NCBI GenBank assembly: GCA_904063045.1
Contig: CAJFCJ010000012.1
Location: 992,001 to 1,056,000, forward strand
DNA: 64,000 nt
Source: Dimorphilus gyrociliatus
Lineage: Eukaryota; Animalia; Annelida
Direction of reading: 5' to 3'
Shown: one piece after another, positions 13,837 through 27,100 of the stretch
Layout of the letters: each line of letters begins with the position of its first letter
How positions within the stretch are numbered: position 1 is the stretch's first letter
The notes under the pieces: generated by a model
The model's input: the letters and a program-made list of their open reading frames with translations, nothing else
Databases searched by the model: none
What the model was told of the DNA's origin: nothing
Translations under genes and position numbers: made by a program

Positions 13837-15082
13837 TCAAGCTCCAACTAGCCTTTTCGTTGCTTCTAAAAACTTTTTACTGCTAGTTTCATTTTCAACT
13901 AATTTTGGCGGTGTCATCACTTCAAATTCCCTGTTTTTTTGGCATTTTAATAAAATATCATTTAATTACTAGTACAGTATTTTTATTTAAAATATTATTA
14001 CCGAAAGAATCTGCCACTGAAAGATTTTATTAATGGTGATAAACAGCAAAACAGAGGCACTTGTGCGGCTTGTTCAGCTGTTTTGAATTTTTTCTTTGAC
14101 GATAGAATTCCTAGCATATCCATAATTTTTTTATAAAATAGCGAGTTCTTGTGAAAATTTGATTCAATAGGCCCGACATGACAACAGTATGATGTTATAC
14201 CGAAATCTGATTGATTATTAAAATTTATTAACAATAAGAAATTACAATATTAATGCTCTTTTCCTAATTATAAACTTACGAAATATCCTTTTGTTTAGTT
14301 CCGATATGAACAAAACCAATGCTAATTTACTTTGACAATATCGTTCTATCTCGTCTGGTCCAAACCAATTTTTGTAAATATGAAAATTTTTATAATTTAA
14401 ATCTTTGCAAATCTGATGCCAAGCTGAAGAAACTACTACTATTCGACTAGGGGTGGATCTCTTTAACTTTTTTAACAATAGTAGTATCAAAAGAGCATGA
14501 GAAAGGTAATTTATTGACATATATGACTCGTAACCAGTTTTATTCTCGTTTTGTGATATTTTTGTTTCCTCTGAATTGTCCAGATATATATGCAGATTAT
14601 AGTCTCCTTTTTAAGTTTAATTTTACATGATGAAATAATAATATAAATTATAATTAATCCTTTCTATAGGAAATAAGAACTTACTATTATTAAATTGATT
14701 TGCAAATTCACGAACACTTTTAAACGACATAAAACTTAATTCCATGATCTCTAGGTGATTTATAATGCCTGTTTCTTTTTCAATTTTGTCGAGAGCTTCC
14801 ACTCCTCTATCCCAAACTTCACAACCCATAACTACCCTTGCACCAGAATATAAAAATTTTTTGATACATTCCTTACCGATAACATCGCATCCATCAGTTA
14901 CAAGAACTGTTTTACCATGCATATCACAATCAACAGTACACTTTTCATATTCTTCTCTATTATTTAAGCATAATTAAAGAAAATACAAAGATTTACATTT
15001 TTAAATCAATATACTTAAATTCCTCTTTTAATAGTTTCTTAAATTCGCTATCGAAAAGAGAATGACGTAGAAGGGCACTCAT
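13837..15082 (-). CDS. RDH11/12/14-like short-chain dehydrogenase, copy A, with degenerate cofactor-binding motifs (5 exons)
   Basis: The spliced ORF is intact from MSALLRHS to KRLVGA*. It keeps SRIVVVSS and YCQSK, but TGxxxGxG reads TDGCDVIG and NNAG reads DNSE. Confidence 0.85.
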
Positions 15083-15400
15083 CTTAACAACTAGTGATAC
15101 AATCAAAGTATTTTTCGATTGTATTGAAAAAGAATGTAGGTCTATTTCATAGGTTTTTTTTTCATACTAGTAAGGTGAAACTCGTTTTATCAATAGTTTA
15201 CTAAATATAAACATTCAGTACATATTTAAATATTACTGAAAAAATAGATCTTTATTATTTTCTTTATTTCAAATTTTAACTAAGAATTGACATGTAGACG
15301 AAATTGAATATTATGTAAAAAACTATCTTCGGTAATACTAGATAAATATATATACTGTATATATCTATAGTAAGAATAAAAACTACTATAGATAAATGGC

Positions 15401-16602
15401 TTAGGCAAGATTCACTAGCTTTGAACTAATTTCCCATAATCGTTCGCGATTCTCCTTATTCTTTGCTAGTTTTGACATTTGAACGAGCTTTGTTGAGCTG
15501 TCGTTAAAGACATTAGGTTAATTTATCAAAGATTGAATAAGGAATAATTACTCGTAATATTCTCCAGGAATAATTTCCGATTCAGGAGCTAAACAACAAT
15601 AAAGTATAGATTTCGCTCCTTCATCAGCAGATTTCATCCAGAAGGATGCAACTTTCACAAAAAAGTAGTCCATTAACTCAGATTTCCATTGATAACTATC
15701 GAATAGTTCAGTTTTTACAACTCCCGGATGGCAGCTAAATGAAGTAATACCATTTTCTGTAAATAATGAAGGATTTATATCATATAAAATCGACAACTTT
15801 GTCGCAAAAAACCTTGATATTTGTCATTGAATTCTTTAGAAAACATAACATTTGCAGCCTTGCTTCTGCCATATCTATACAATTGAGTTGGTTTTACCCA
15901 ATGATTTTTCAATTGAAAATCATTAAACGTCATATCATTAACAATATAATGATAGGAAGACGATACATTTATCACTCTACTTGGAGCGCTTTTCTTAAGA
16001 AGATCCACAAGTAGGTTTGTCAAAAGAAAATGTCCCAAATAATTAGAGGCAATAAAAGTTTCGTTACCTTCCGAAGTAAAATATTCGTCCGCCTTAATAA
16101 TTCCCGCATTATTAATTAGAATATGCAAATTTTCGTATTCTTTTGAAAGAAATAGTTATTTTTTATATTTTCGTTAATTAATTTAGAAAGAATTAATTAA
16201 ATACTTTTTCGAAACTCTTCTACAAATTCTCGTACACTTTTTAAGGATGACAAATCTATTTTAATTATTTCAATTTTTTCAAAAATTCCACAAACTTTTT
16301 CTATTTCTTCTTTAGTTCTTAATCCTTTTTCTATATTCCTACAAGCCATAATTACTGTTGCTCCTCTTTTCACTAAATCTTTTACACATTCTTTACCAAT
16401 TCCCCTATTACCACCAGTTACTATGACAACCTTATTCATTAAATCTGATTTTGAACTAAAATCTGTTTTCTTTTTCCATCTAAATAAGAACACAGAACAA
16501 TAAATCGAAGTAAATTTTGCATGAATAAATAGCTTACAGTTGTCGAAAAGTACTGAATAGAAAATCAGGAGTCTTTAAGCCATAATATAGAGTTAAAGAC
16601 AT
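15401..16602 (-). CDS. RDH11/12/14-like short-chain dehydrogenase, copy B, canonical (5 exons)
   Basis: VVIVTGGNRGIGK, ACRN, LHILINNAG, NYLGHFLLTNLL, SRVINVSS, YGRSK, HPGVVKT and RLWEIS; splice sites keep the frame. Confidence 0.92.
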
Positions 16603-16792
16603 TTTAACTGTTTATCTTCATCAGAAAAGGAGAGTAATTACTAATCTTTCAGACATTAATTTGATAGTGTATTGTATCGTATCAAGTTTTGTGTGTTTTA
16701 CAAAAACAGAAAAAACTGGTAAACGAAAGACAGCAGATGTCAGCACGCAATTTACAAAGAGTTATTAAACAATGACATTCCTTGTAGAAGAT

Positions 16793-17569
16793 TTAGATAA
16801 CGCTTTGTCGCTCTTGAAGACTTGAACTAAAACCACTTTCCTTGCTATCTTCCGCAGGTGCTTTCACATCTTCTTCCACATTTTCTGTAAATATATCCTC
16901 AGCTGGTATCCTTTGTTCTCCCAATGCTACTACTTCATTATTGGACCCTTCTTCAGTGATCAATTGTTTATTTTCACTGTTACATAATTTACGCTTTACT
17001 GCATAACATTTCTCCTTTGATGTCCAAATATTTATCAGAATGCTTGGAACGAGGCAAATAGTTAATATTATAAGAATTATAATCATGTAAGGAGGATCTT
17101 TCTCAGTTTTGCAAGTGTTGACACATGTATCATCTATTTTAAAGAACATCATTTTCATTAACTTGGACGTTTTCAATTATTTGATGTACTTACTTTTGTT
17201 TATAAAGTCCTGTATTTTTTTCGTCAATTCATCTTGCAATAAGCCAACGGCAAATAAAAAAACATAAGGACAGGACCTTTTACATTCGTCGCTGTTGGTT
17301 AGACATAGTTCAGAGCATCCCAAACATATTGGGGATCCGGCTTCATCACAATATTCTGTGATCAGACAAGATGTGTTTTCCCCGCAAAAGGTATCTTGTT
17401 TTGGTATTTGTTTGGGAGAATTTTCAGCAGACAAGCCTTTGTAAGCGGGAAGAGAATTGCAAAACAATTAAAATTATGAAAAATTTAAAAACTATGTAAA
17501 AGACAACTCACACCATGTGATCTGAACAAAAACAACTAGTACTAAGACTTCCATAACATTTGTAATCAT
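16793..17569 (-). CDS. Type I membrane protein with one 8-Cys domain; Grindelwald/TACI/BCMA-like TNF receptor (3 exons)
   Basis: Signal peptide MITNVMEVLVLVVFVQITW; CRD C-x5-C-x5-C-x7-C-x2-C-x3-C-x6-C-x3-C; TM MIIILIILTICLVPSILINIW; acidic tail with PAEDIF and SLQE; C-terminus QSVI. Confidence 0.7.
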
Positions 17570-18749
17570 ATTTTGTTTTCTCTCATGTGTGAATTTATTG
17601 GATAAAGTCAAGGTTATACATAAAACCACCAGTGGTTATAAATTCAAGGTACAATATTCATCAAACGTCTAAAACAGAATTAAATTAAATTTTTGATATT
17701 TATGAATGAAACACATTAAAATAAATAAAAAAAAATTTTTATAGTAAACAACCGCCAATATAATAATTAAGGTAATGTATACAAATAGTATAGAGTATAA
17801 ATTTACACAGTATATCTTGTATATCCTATTAAAAAAGGGTACTATTTTGTTTACCAAAATTGAAAACACGCCCATCAATTTCCGTATATTATTATGTTTA
17901 TTGCAGTATATCCGTTTGTGTTTTCGATGTTTGACAATACTTCTAAACAAACATATCTATTTATAATAGTGGATGTTGAAATCATAAGTAGAAAGCTATT
18001 GAATTGAACGTTGTGGAAAGTTGCTAAATCATATTAAAGATTAGATAATTATTTAAGAGAAAGATATTCTTCCTTTTGAAATTTTTTTATATTTTTTATA
18101 TTTCAATTACAAATAAAAAGTTTGACTGATATCGCTTCAAATAATCATTACTATCTGTTTAGTAAACAAATCCGAATGAGTAGTATAGTTTATTATAAGT
18201 CCACACATGTTTTAAGATAGTGTAAATCTTATATTGAATTTTCTAAGATTCTGATTATTATATTAATTTATATAAGGATGATATCTACATTTTATCAATA
18301 CAGTATAAAGTATATTCACCTGTTTAAAAGATATAATTACACACATACTAATTGATGCAGAAAAAATATAACTATTTACAACTAACTTTCAAGCATCTTC
18401 TATCTTTTTCTATACTTGTTAATGATTTATTATACCTGTTTTTGCAATTATTTATAGTTTTAGATATAGCCAAATTGCAAGATAAAGGAAATAATAATAA
18501 TAATAATAAGCATAATTGGAAAATAGTTTTGCCAATAGATTGTCAAACCTTTCTTTATGGTTTATCTATCTTTTATGAAACTACTTCCTCTTGAACAACG
18601 GATATGACATCTTTCTACTTTGCGTTTGGGGACCGCATTCATTTTTTTGAAAGCGCCAAGCCTGTATTTTTCAATACATATTGATAAAAATATGTATTGT
18701 TCGGCCTGGTATTCTTTTTTATATTTTAATGAAGACATATCAAAGAAAT

Positions 18750-20707
18750 ATGATTGTCTTAATTATTTTTTTACAATTGATTTCTTTCATGTTTAACGGT
18801 CATTGTTTGCAAATAAATTCAAAGAAATCTATACCGGAACAACAATCAATAAGATACAAAACTGTCTTTATTAAACAACAGGTAAATGATTTAATTTTAC
18901 TAATTGGGATAATTTCGTGTATCTAAGATTTGATTACACTATTGCTATTGTTTTGGATATTTCTATTATTAGGTCACTTTTTGTTTAGGTTGATCATTTT
19001 TCTTACGGGAATAATGATGTATTTGATCAGCGTGTTTTGATAAATTCCGATTATTTCGAGCCTTATGGACCTGTTTTCTTCTATACTGGAAATGAAGGAG
19101 ATATTACCTGGTTTTGCAATAATACAGTTTGTTTTTTATTATTATTAAGTTAATGGAAAAGAGATATTCGAGATTTCATAAATAACTATCAGGGTTTTCT
19201 TTGGGATATTGCCGAAGAATTTAATGCTGCTCTAATATTTGCCGAACATAGATACTATGGTTTATCACTACCTTATGGTAATCAATCCTATAAAGATCCT
19301 CAACATTTGGGTCACTTGACTTCTGAACAAGCACTCGCCGATTACTCAGTGCTAATTGATTATTTACGAAATGAGTATGGAAAATACTTTGCCAAAAGTC
19401 CATTTATAGCTTTTGGAGGTTCTTATGGAGGAATGCTTGCAAGTTGGATGCGAATGAAATATCCTGCATCCGTAATAGGGTATATTAGTTTATAAAATTC
19501 CATTGATAATCTATAGTTTCTTATTAATCCTTATTACCCATTTTATTCAGTGCTTTAGCTGCATCAGCACCAATATTTCAATTTGAAGGTTTAACTGATT
19601 GCGGAGTTTTCTATAAAACTGTTACAAAAGCCTATGAAAGATTTTCGATGAAATGCGTTTCTAATATAAGAAAGTCTTGGCAAGTTATTAACAAAATAGG
19701 TAGCACAACGGAAGGAAGGAAATATATTACCAAAAAATTTTCCTTATGCAAACCATTGACAACTGTTAATGACGTTGCTGTAGTTAAAGGTTGGCTGTTC
19801 AATACATGGACCAATTTAGCTATGATGAATTATCCGTATAAAAGCAATTTTATGGAACCCTTACCTGCTTGGCCTGTCAAGGTTTGTTTTAATGTATAGT
19901 AAGTATGTATATTACAACAAATTCTTCTAATCAGAGAGCCTGTAGCTATCTTAACAAGTCGTTAGATCATGAAGTGTTAATTGATGGAATTGCTAAAGCC
20001 GTTAAATTATACTATAATTACAGGTAAATAACTATAATAATGAAGATCTTTTTTTTTAAATGAAGCTAATGACTGGTTAATTTTATGAATAAAAGCGGAC
20101 AAGCCAATTGCTTAAATGTTTCTCAGCAGGGTAGTAAATTACTTGGAGATTACGGATGGTAAGTTAATGTAACAATTCAAACTTTCTAATACACAGACAA
20201 ATAGATTAGTAATCATTAATGAAATTGATTAGGTGGTTTCAATCATGTACCGAAATGGTCATGCCAATGTGTTCTAATGGGATTGATGACATGTTTGAAA
20301 GAAGAGATTGGAATTTAAAAGAATTTTGTGACGGGTGCACCAATAAATTTAAAGTAAAAACTCGTCCATTTTTTGTTGTTTCTCAATATGGCGGAAGAAA
20401 TATTTCAGCAGCCTCCAATATTATTTTTAGGTAATACATTAAAGGTATTGAACAATTAGAGCATATTTTCATATTTTCTTTGTTATTCAGTAACGGTGAT
20501 CTTGACCCCTGGTCGGGAGGTGGCGTTTTGAATTCACCAAACCCTTCAATACACGTAATATTGATAAAAGATGGCGCTCACCATTTAGATTTACGATTTT
20601 CGAACAAGGATGACCCAGATTCGGTGAAACAGGCAAGAAAGCGAGAAATTGAAATTATTCAACAATGGTTAAAAGACTATTGGCAGAATTTAAAAGAAAA
20701 AATTTGA
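18750..20707 (+). CDS. PRCP: Lysosomal Pro-X carboxypeptidase (S28 family), multi-exon; alternative in-frame ATG at 18729
   Basis: Signal peptide; VDHF, FFYTGNEGDI, AEHRYYG, LTSEQALADY, GGSYGGML (Ser), ASAPI, WFQSCTEMVMP, FSNGDLDPW (Asp) and GAHHLDLR (His). Confidence 0.95.
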
Positions 20708-21101
20708 TTGAATGGAAATGAGAATACATTGAAAATAAAAATAAACCCCTATATATAATAGTGCAAAACTCATTCAGACGTTAAATAAGGCAGAAAAGTA
20801 AAATCGTATGACATTATTTATAATATACCCTATAGCTTGAATAACTTTCTGCTATTCAATAGAAAAAATACACAAATTTTCAATTTTAGTTTCATTTAAA
20901 ATGAAGAAAAAAAGAGAAAAGAAAAATTTCTCATTTATTTCGTATTTGAATCATTTTTTAATCATAAAAAATTTCAGATAAAATATTATTTAACTACTGA
21001 AAAAAATTTTCTATAATACAAGAAACTAGATGCAAAAAAAGAAGAGAGAAGATATAATTTCTTTAAATTTTGATATTAAATTGTTTGTTTGTTTTCTTAA
21101 A

Positions 21102-24100
21102 TTAGACAAGAGTTTCCGGTTCTTCTTTAACACTCTTACTTTTCGAAAGGTTCCACGTTCGATACGAATCAGAACTTGGAAGAGTCATTGCACGTTCTGC
21201 AGGAGTATAAGAACAATCGACTATGTGATAAGGAAGAGAGTATGTTTGGGGTGTTTCCATGAACCAACGTTCTCGTAACTCCGCATTTGTTGGAGCTCTC
21301 GAGGCGTACAATGGTTCGGAAGGTGGCCGTTGTGTTGAAATAGCAACTTTTCTTAGGCGAACTGAAGAAGAGTGCTCATTCCTATCTGGCCGATGTTGAT
21401 CGTATTCGGAAGACTGTCTGGATGATTTAGGACTTGGCGATATTCTCGGCGACGGTGTGGCCGCCGTTAATTGAGGTACTTGAAGATAGGACGTCAAAGG
21501 CGATATAATAGGCGAAATCGGTGTTGATGATTCCAATCTACCATTATCACTTTTTGAATTCATTTCTGATTTATTCCTATAAATAAAATAATTTCAATTA
21601 AGATACAGTCTGGTGTAACAATCAATTATTAATGAAAATATTCACCTTAACTCGCTATACTTTTTTACGAGGAGAAAGTTAACAGCATCCGGGTTATTAT
21701 CCATTAGAAATTTAAAAATCTCATTATGCTCCTCTTTCGATATCTATAGAAAAGATAGAGAATAAAGAAATAATTCAAAATATTTGATAATATATGTCAT
21801 TATTACTTCGAAAAGCGTGGAATAATTGTCTATTAGGGTTTCGGTGACCTCTATTATATCTGTGCAAGCCGTTTTGGCCCCTTCGTTCTCAACAGCGAAT
21901 TCTGTGTTCTTCGACTGGTGTAAAATATTGGGTCCAAATAATCTAGCCAGGTTATGGCTGTCCATCTTATTCCCCTGCAGAACTTTACCATATTCATCCA
22001 AACGATCGTTGGAATGTAAAGTAACAGTGTGCAGAAAATTGAGTAGTAAGTATAGAGTGTCCCTATTGACAACCGGCAAAAGGGCGATTAATAACCGTAA
22101 AACCTCTAATCGCCGTTCGCCTACAAGTTTTGTTGTGGCTAAGAAGGCTGGGTAAAGAACTCTAGTTAATAAAGAATCAGGAAGATCCCGAAAGTATTCC
22201 TTTAGTACTGCGCCCACGTCATGTGGAGTATATTCGTTTGTTATGGTTACATTTCCACTTCTGTCGAATTCATCTCGAAGTTGACGAATTCGTTTCATTG
22301 AACTTCCTATCCGAAATATACCCAGAACATTTAAACCTGTTTTTTTTAAAGGAAATACAAAGAAACATAAGTTTCAAATTTAATCAAGTAAATAATTAAA
22401 TTAATAATTTATTTCATAAGAAAGTTGTTTGTTACTATCGAGTATTACCATTATTTTTCAAGTGCGAGCAACACCTCTGTACTATATAAGGCACCAACGG
22501 TTCGTGAGGAATGAGAGAGTTTAAGCGGGAATCTTTCCTAGAATGTTCCGAAGAGCTAGGAGACGATTGTAAACTCAAAGCGTCTACAAGAGTCGATCTA
22601 CTGATATCGGATTCGGAATCCAAGCTTATCCCGCCACCCTAGATTATAAAAAGTTCGATAATAATAATATTTACCTTCGCGATATTTCAATTTACTCACT
22701 GAACTCGAACTAGACTTTCTAACTGACGGTCTTGACGTTGTTTCCACATTCAAAGATTCTCTCCTTAATCTTTGAACAGGACGTCCCTCGAAATCTCTTA
22801 GAAGACATTTATGTATTGGCTGACCGAAAGTCGTGTTGATCACGCCATCTGATATATTTAAAAAGAGAGTCAAGTTTCATGAAAGTGTTTTATGAACTGA
22901 ATAAAAATTTTCACCTTTGGCCCTATGCTTAGAATCACCAGATATGCCCGATATGGTTCGTCGTTTAAGGAAGCCCGCTTTCTTTTGTGGTCTCCTACTT
23001 GGGTCTATTGAGAGAATGAAAAAAAGGGGAGGGTTGAATTGTATATACTTCTTTTTATTGAGCAGAAAAAAATTTATATTATATTTTCATTTAAAGCTCC
23101 TTTCTCACCTTTTGGAATATTAACGGAAACGCTTAAATTTGCGTTTTGAAGTTTATTAAACGCAATTTTTTGTAAGGCAATTCGTTCTACGTCTGTTAAT
23201 CGTAGAACGCTTGTTGACTGAAGTGATATTTGCTGGGGAGGTGAGTCGGGTGATACTTCTTGATGTGTCCAAATGCAATTGTCCTGATGATTTAAATAAA
23301 TAATGAAAGGTTGCACATTCATAACATTTCAATACTCCTATATTTTTTATACATAAACCTATGTTTTGGGCGTTAACAATATTATATTTTATATATTCGA
23401 ATTAAGTATACATAATACCGTAATAAATAGTTTTATGAATGGCATATTCGTTGAAAACTGTCAAGATTATATAATTCCTTTAAACGAATCTATTGTGGGT
23501 TATTCTAAAAAATTTACGATACCCTATTAATGGAAAGGTTTAATGGCAGATTAATTAGTAGGTCTAATTTGCAATTTAATATAAATTTTTATTATAGGTA
23601 GCCAACCTATAATATAGCATTAAGATAAAATCATTTCAATAACAACAATTTAAAATATGCTTAATAAGCTCTCCCGCAAACCGCAGTATTGACATCCATA
23701 AAAAGCTCTTTAATATTACTCATTCACCCTTTTTCTCCTCTTTTTCTCATACACTTTCTCTCTCTCTTTACTCAATTTCTTTCCCTCTACAGAATTTTAA
23801 TTGGAATTCATTACTTGTGACACTTTTATCGCTCTTAAAACGAGAAATACTATTGACAACTATTCTTTCCAACTTTTCTCCTATTTAACAAGACTTCTCT
23901 TATGAGGTTGTTACGTATTGGGCACAAACAGATGTTTAATTACAAGTACACCAACCAATAAATAGAGCCATAAAGAAGCATTCAAGTTACCAAAAGCTAG
24001 ACAGTCTACAGAAAATTCTTTAACAATAAAACTCCGAAGCTAAATACTCCCTATTTTTTTTATTCTTTACAAAGAACGATTTATTATACAATGAATTAAT

Positions 24101-27100
24101 CTAGTGGATCAGCCTGAGGACAGGCATTTTATTTAAGATAGTGTAAAAACATTTAGATAAATTAGAAAATATCTACTGATAAGAAAAGAGTAAAAAAGGA
24201 CACTTTATTTTTTCTTTTTTTAGCTCCGGGTGTTTTCATTCAAGAAACATAATATCTTTGTTCTTTCTTATATACTCTAATTGTATACTGAAAGTTTTTC
24301 CATTCTTTATAATCTTTTGAAAAAGAAAAGACCATCCTAATTGTCTTACTAATTAGATCATTAGTAGATCAAAAGGATGCCGAAAAAGTCGGAATGTTAG
24401 ATCAACTTGATATAATTTGTTCAAGCACGTGTTGTTTGGTTAATAATTACTGTGTCCGTTTGGTCGTGATTCTTCACGCTAATTAAAAAAAGAAAGTTTC
24501 TTTTCATTTCTTCTTCCTTTCAAATATTTGAATAAACAAGAAAAATAGAGAGTAGGGGATTTCTTTTTTCTAAAAAATAGCATATAATCATCAAGCGTAA
24601 AAAAAGGCGCCAACTTGGATTGATTAAACAAATCGCTTATCTTATTACGGGGAGAAAACTACAATATTTTTCTCTCATTCTTTTCCTTATTATTATTATG
24701 AAACATTATCTAAAAAGATTCTTTCCCCTTTCTTTTTTCAATTTTTTTCTATCATTCGGGAATATAAAATGTTCATTCAAGAATTTGTTATTTTTGCTGC
24801 TTCAGCAGCTTTTAATTTATAGTTGTAAAAATGCCATTGTCTAATATTATTAAAGAGTAGAGACAAGATCAACGTCATCTAGTCATGATAGGCGTTTAAA
24901 ATTCTTTTACTTCAATTGTGCCGATGCCCTAAGGGTAGATTTAAATGGTAGATGATAAGGTAAAAAATAAAGAACCCTCAGAATGAATAGTGTCACCGCC
25001 AATCTTTCATTTTTTCCCTCCATTATTATTAGATAAAGTGACCATGTTTTTAAGAGGAAGTTGGAATGTCAACCTTTCACTCCCGAGGAAATTCAAACCA
25101 CAAAGCCATTTATAATAAAAGTAATGCTGTGAACGCGGTCAGAAAATTACTCGAAAGGAAAATGGGAACAAGGAATTCTTTGCACAATTTTTTCCCTCTT
25201 TATATATATTAGGGTAGGAAACTTTTTATTCATACATCTTTATTGTCACGAGGTAGTGTGTTTGAAAGCAATAATTTCAAAGCAACACTGAATTACGTAT
25301 ACTATAAAATACCACTTGCGATTGTTCCTTCCGAACGATATCACGACCAGCAATCTATTTCCCCGTCTTTATGAATGATACTCAAGAGATCGGCCATTCA
25401 AAGGTGTTCAAATCTTGTCTCAATTGCATAAATATAGTATACATTTATTCTTCAGTTAGAATTATATTTAAATAAATATATATAACGACGACTTAGTATT
25501 CGTTGAAAATTTCTAGAATTACGTATACACAGCCTAACAAAAGCGCAAAACAAGCAAAAGAATATAAGTTATCTAGTTATACCCGTACTCGACCCAGATA
25601 CAAGGAATACGAAATGAATTAGGCCTTTTAATAAATATAGCTATTTTAACGCCAAATAAAAGAGATTTTCGTAGATTAGACTGTATGTACTAAAACCCTT
25701 CAAGTGAACGTGGTCACTCTCGTTTATAATATTTATTAATGGCTTTATTGCCTCGTCGATTCCCAATTAATTTACGTTGTAAAGCTATAAGTATTCGAGT
25801 ACGCTTATGTCCCAACTTTAAAAAGTATTATGCACATATTTGACTCGGTTATATAGGCTTTCATAAAGTCAATATAATTCTATCTAATCGATATCATTTC
25901 TCTCTTACGCCTTACTCCTCCCTTTTTTTATATATATAAAAAAGTGGTAAGTAATAAAAGAAGAAAAATAAATAGAGCCCAACATCTAATCGATGATAAG
26001 TCCATAATAAAACAATAAACTAATCATTAATTCAACTACCCATAATTTTTTTTAACGTATTTGATAAAATTAGTAAACAAACAATAAGATTTTCTCTAAA
26101 AGTGAAATTTCTAGTTTAATCATAGAAAAATCTTTTTTTTTTATATAAAGTTAATGTTTGCCTTAGTCTTCTTTCTCTTTCATGTTTTTGAAAATATCGA
26201 AGCGTTCATAATTTGTTGCGTGGGCGTCTAAAAAAATACTATAAAGAACTGGGCCATGTATAATGGAAAAAACGTGGGCATACAATTGTGTAATTATTCG
26301 GAAAAAATAGCGAAGGGAACGTAGGGGGGAGAAGGAGAATAGGGGTATGAGGTGGGCAATGGAAGGGAACGAGGGCGGGGGGTTGGATGAAGTACTAATG
26401 ATATTTTTTCTTCTATTAGTCCGATTTTCTAATATGATATTATTTGTAAACACAAGTTATACAAAATTTTGAATGAGTCCAGGTGCTTTTTACCTTAAAA
26501 AAGGCAATCCACGATAATTGGGTTAATTGACGAGATTAGTGTGTTTGAATCGCCCGTTGGGTGTTCTATTAAAACGGGCTATATTTTAAATTGGCTCGTC
26601 TTCGGTATCTATTATAATAGAGGATCGGACAAAAGGTTATCTTGAGCGAAAATCTTACGTTTCGGCGCTTCAAAATTCGGCAAAGAGAAGCGAACAAGCG
26701 CAGGTGCATTCATTTATCTGGAACGGCTATTCGCATTCCATGAATATTATAAACAAATGGAACGCGCTTGTTGACCTTGACACGACTTTAGCAATACTTT
26801 CTTCGTATAGTTTGCAATCTTTTTGTTTTATGAGAATTCGCCTCCTCCCCTTTACAAATCGCACAATCAGTGAATACTATTTATAAATTACGCAATACTA
26901 GAATTCTTGGTAGCAATAATAATAATAATAATAATAGTTATATCTAGAGCAAATAGAAACTTTTATCCTATCTATCTCTTTTTCTTTTTCTCTCTTTTTA
27001 CTATAAATCGTTTAACATCTGCTACTAGTATCCTAGTGAGAGAAAAACGACTTAATTAATCTCGTTTAGACTTGTACTGCAAAAAATTGCAAGTGATAAG

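Noticed and set aside
903-20707. Proline theme linking HOGA1 (hydroxyproline catabolism) and PRCP
   Set aside because: Separated by four unrelated genes with no shared regulatory evidence; likely coincidence.
11485-22155. Antisense ORFs over POU4, SDRs, PRCP and RhoGAP (e.g. 11485, 14765, 15766, 19221, 19632, 21030, 21826)
   Set aside because: Shadows of the real coding strand.
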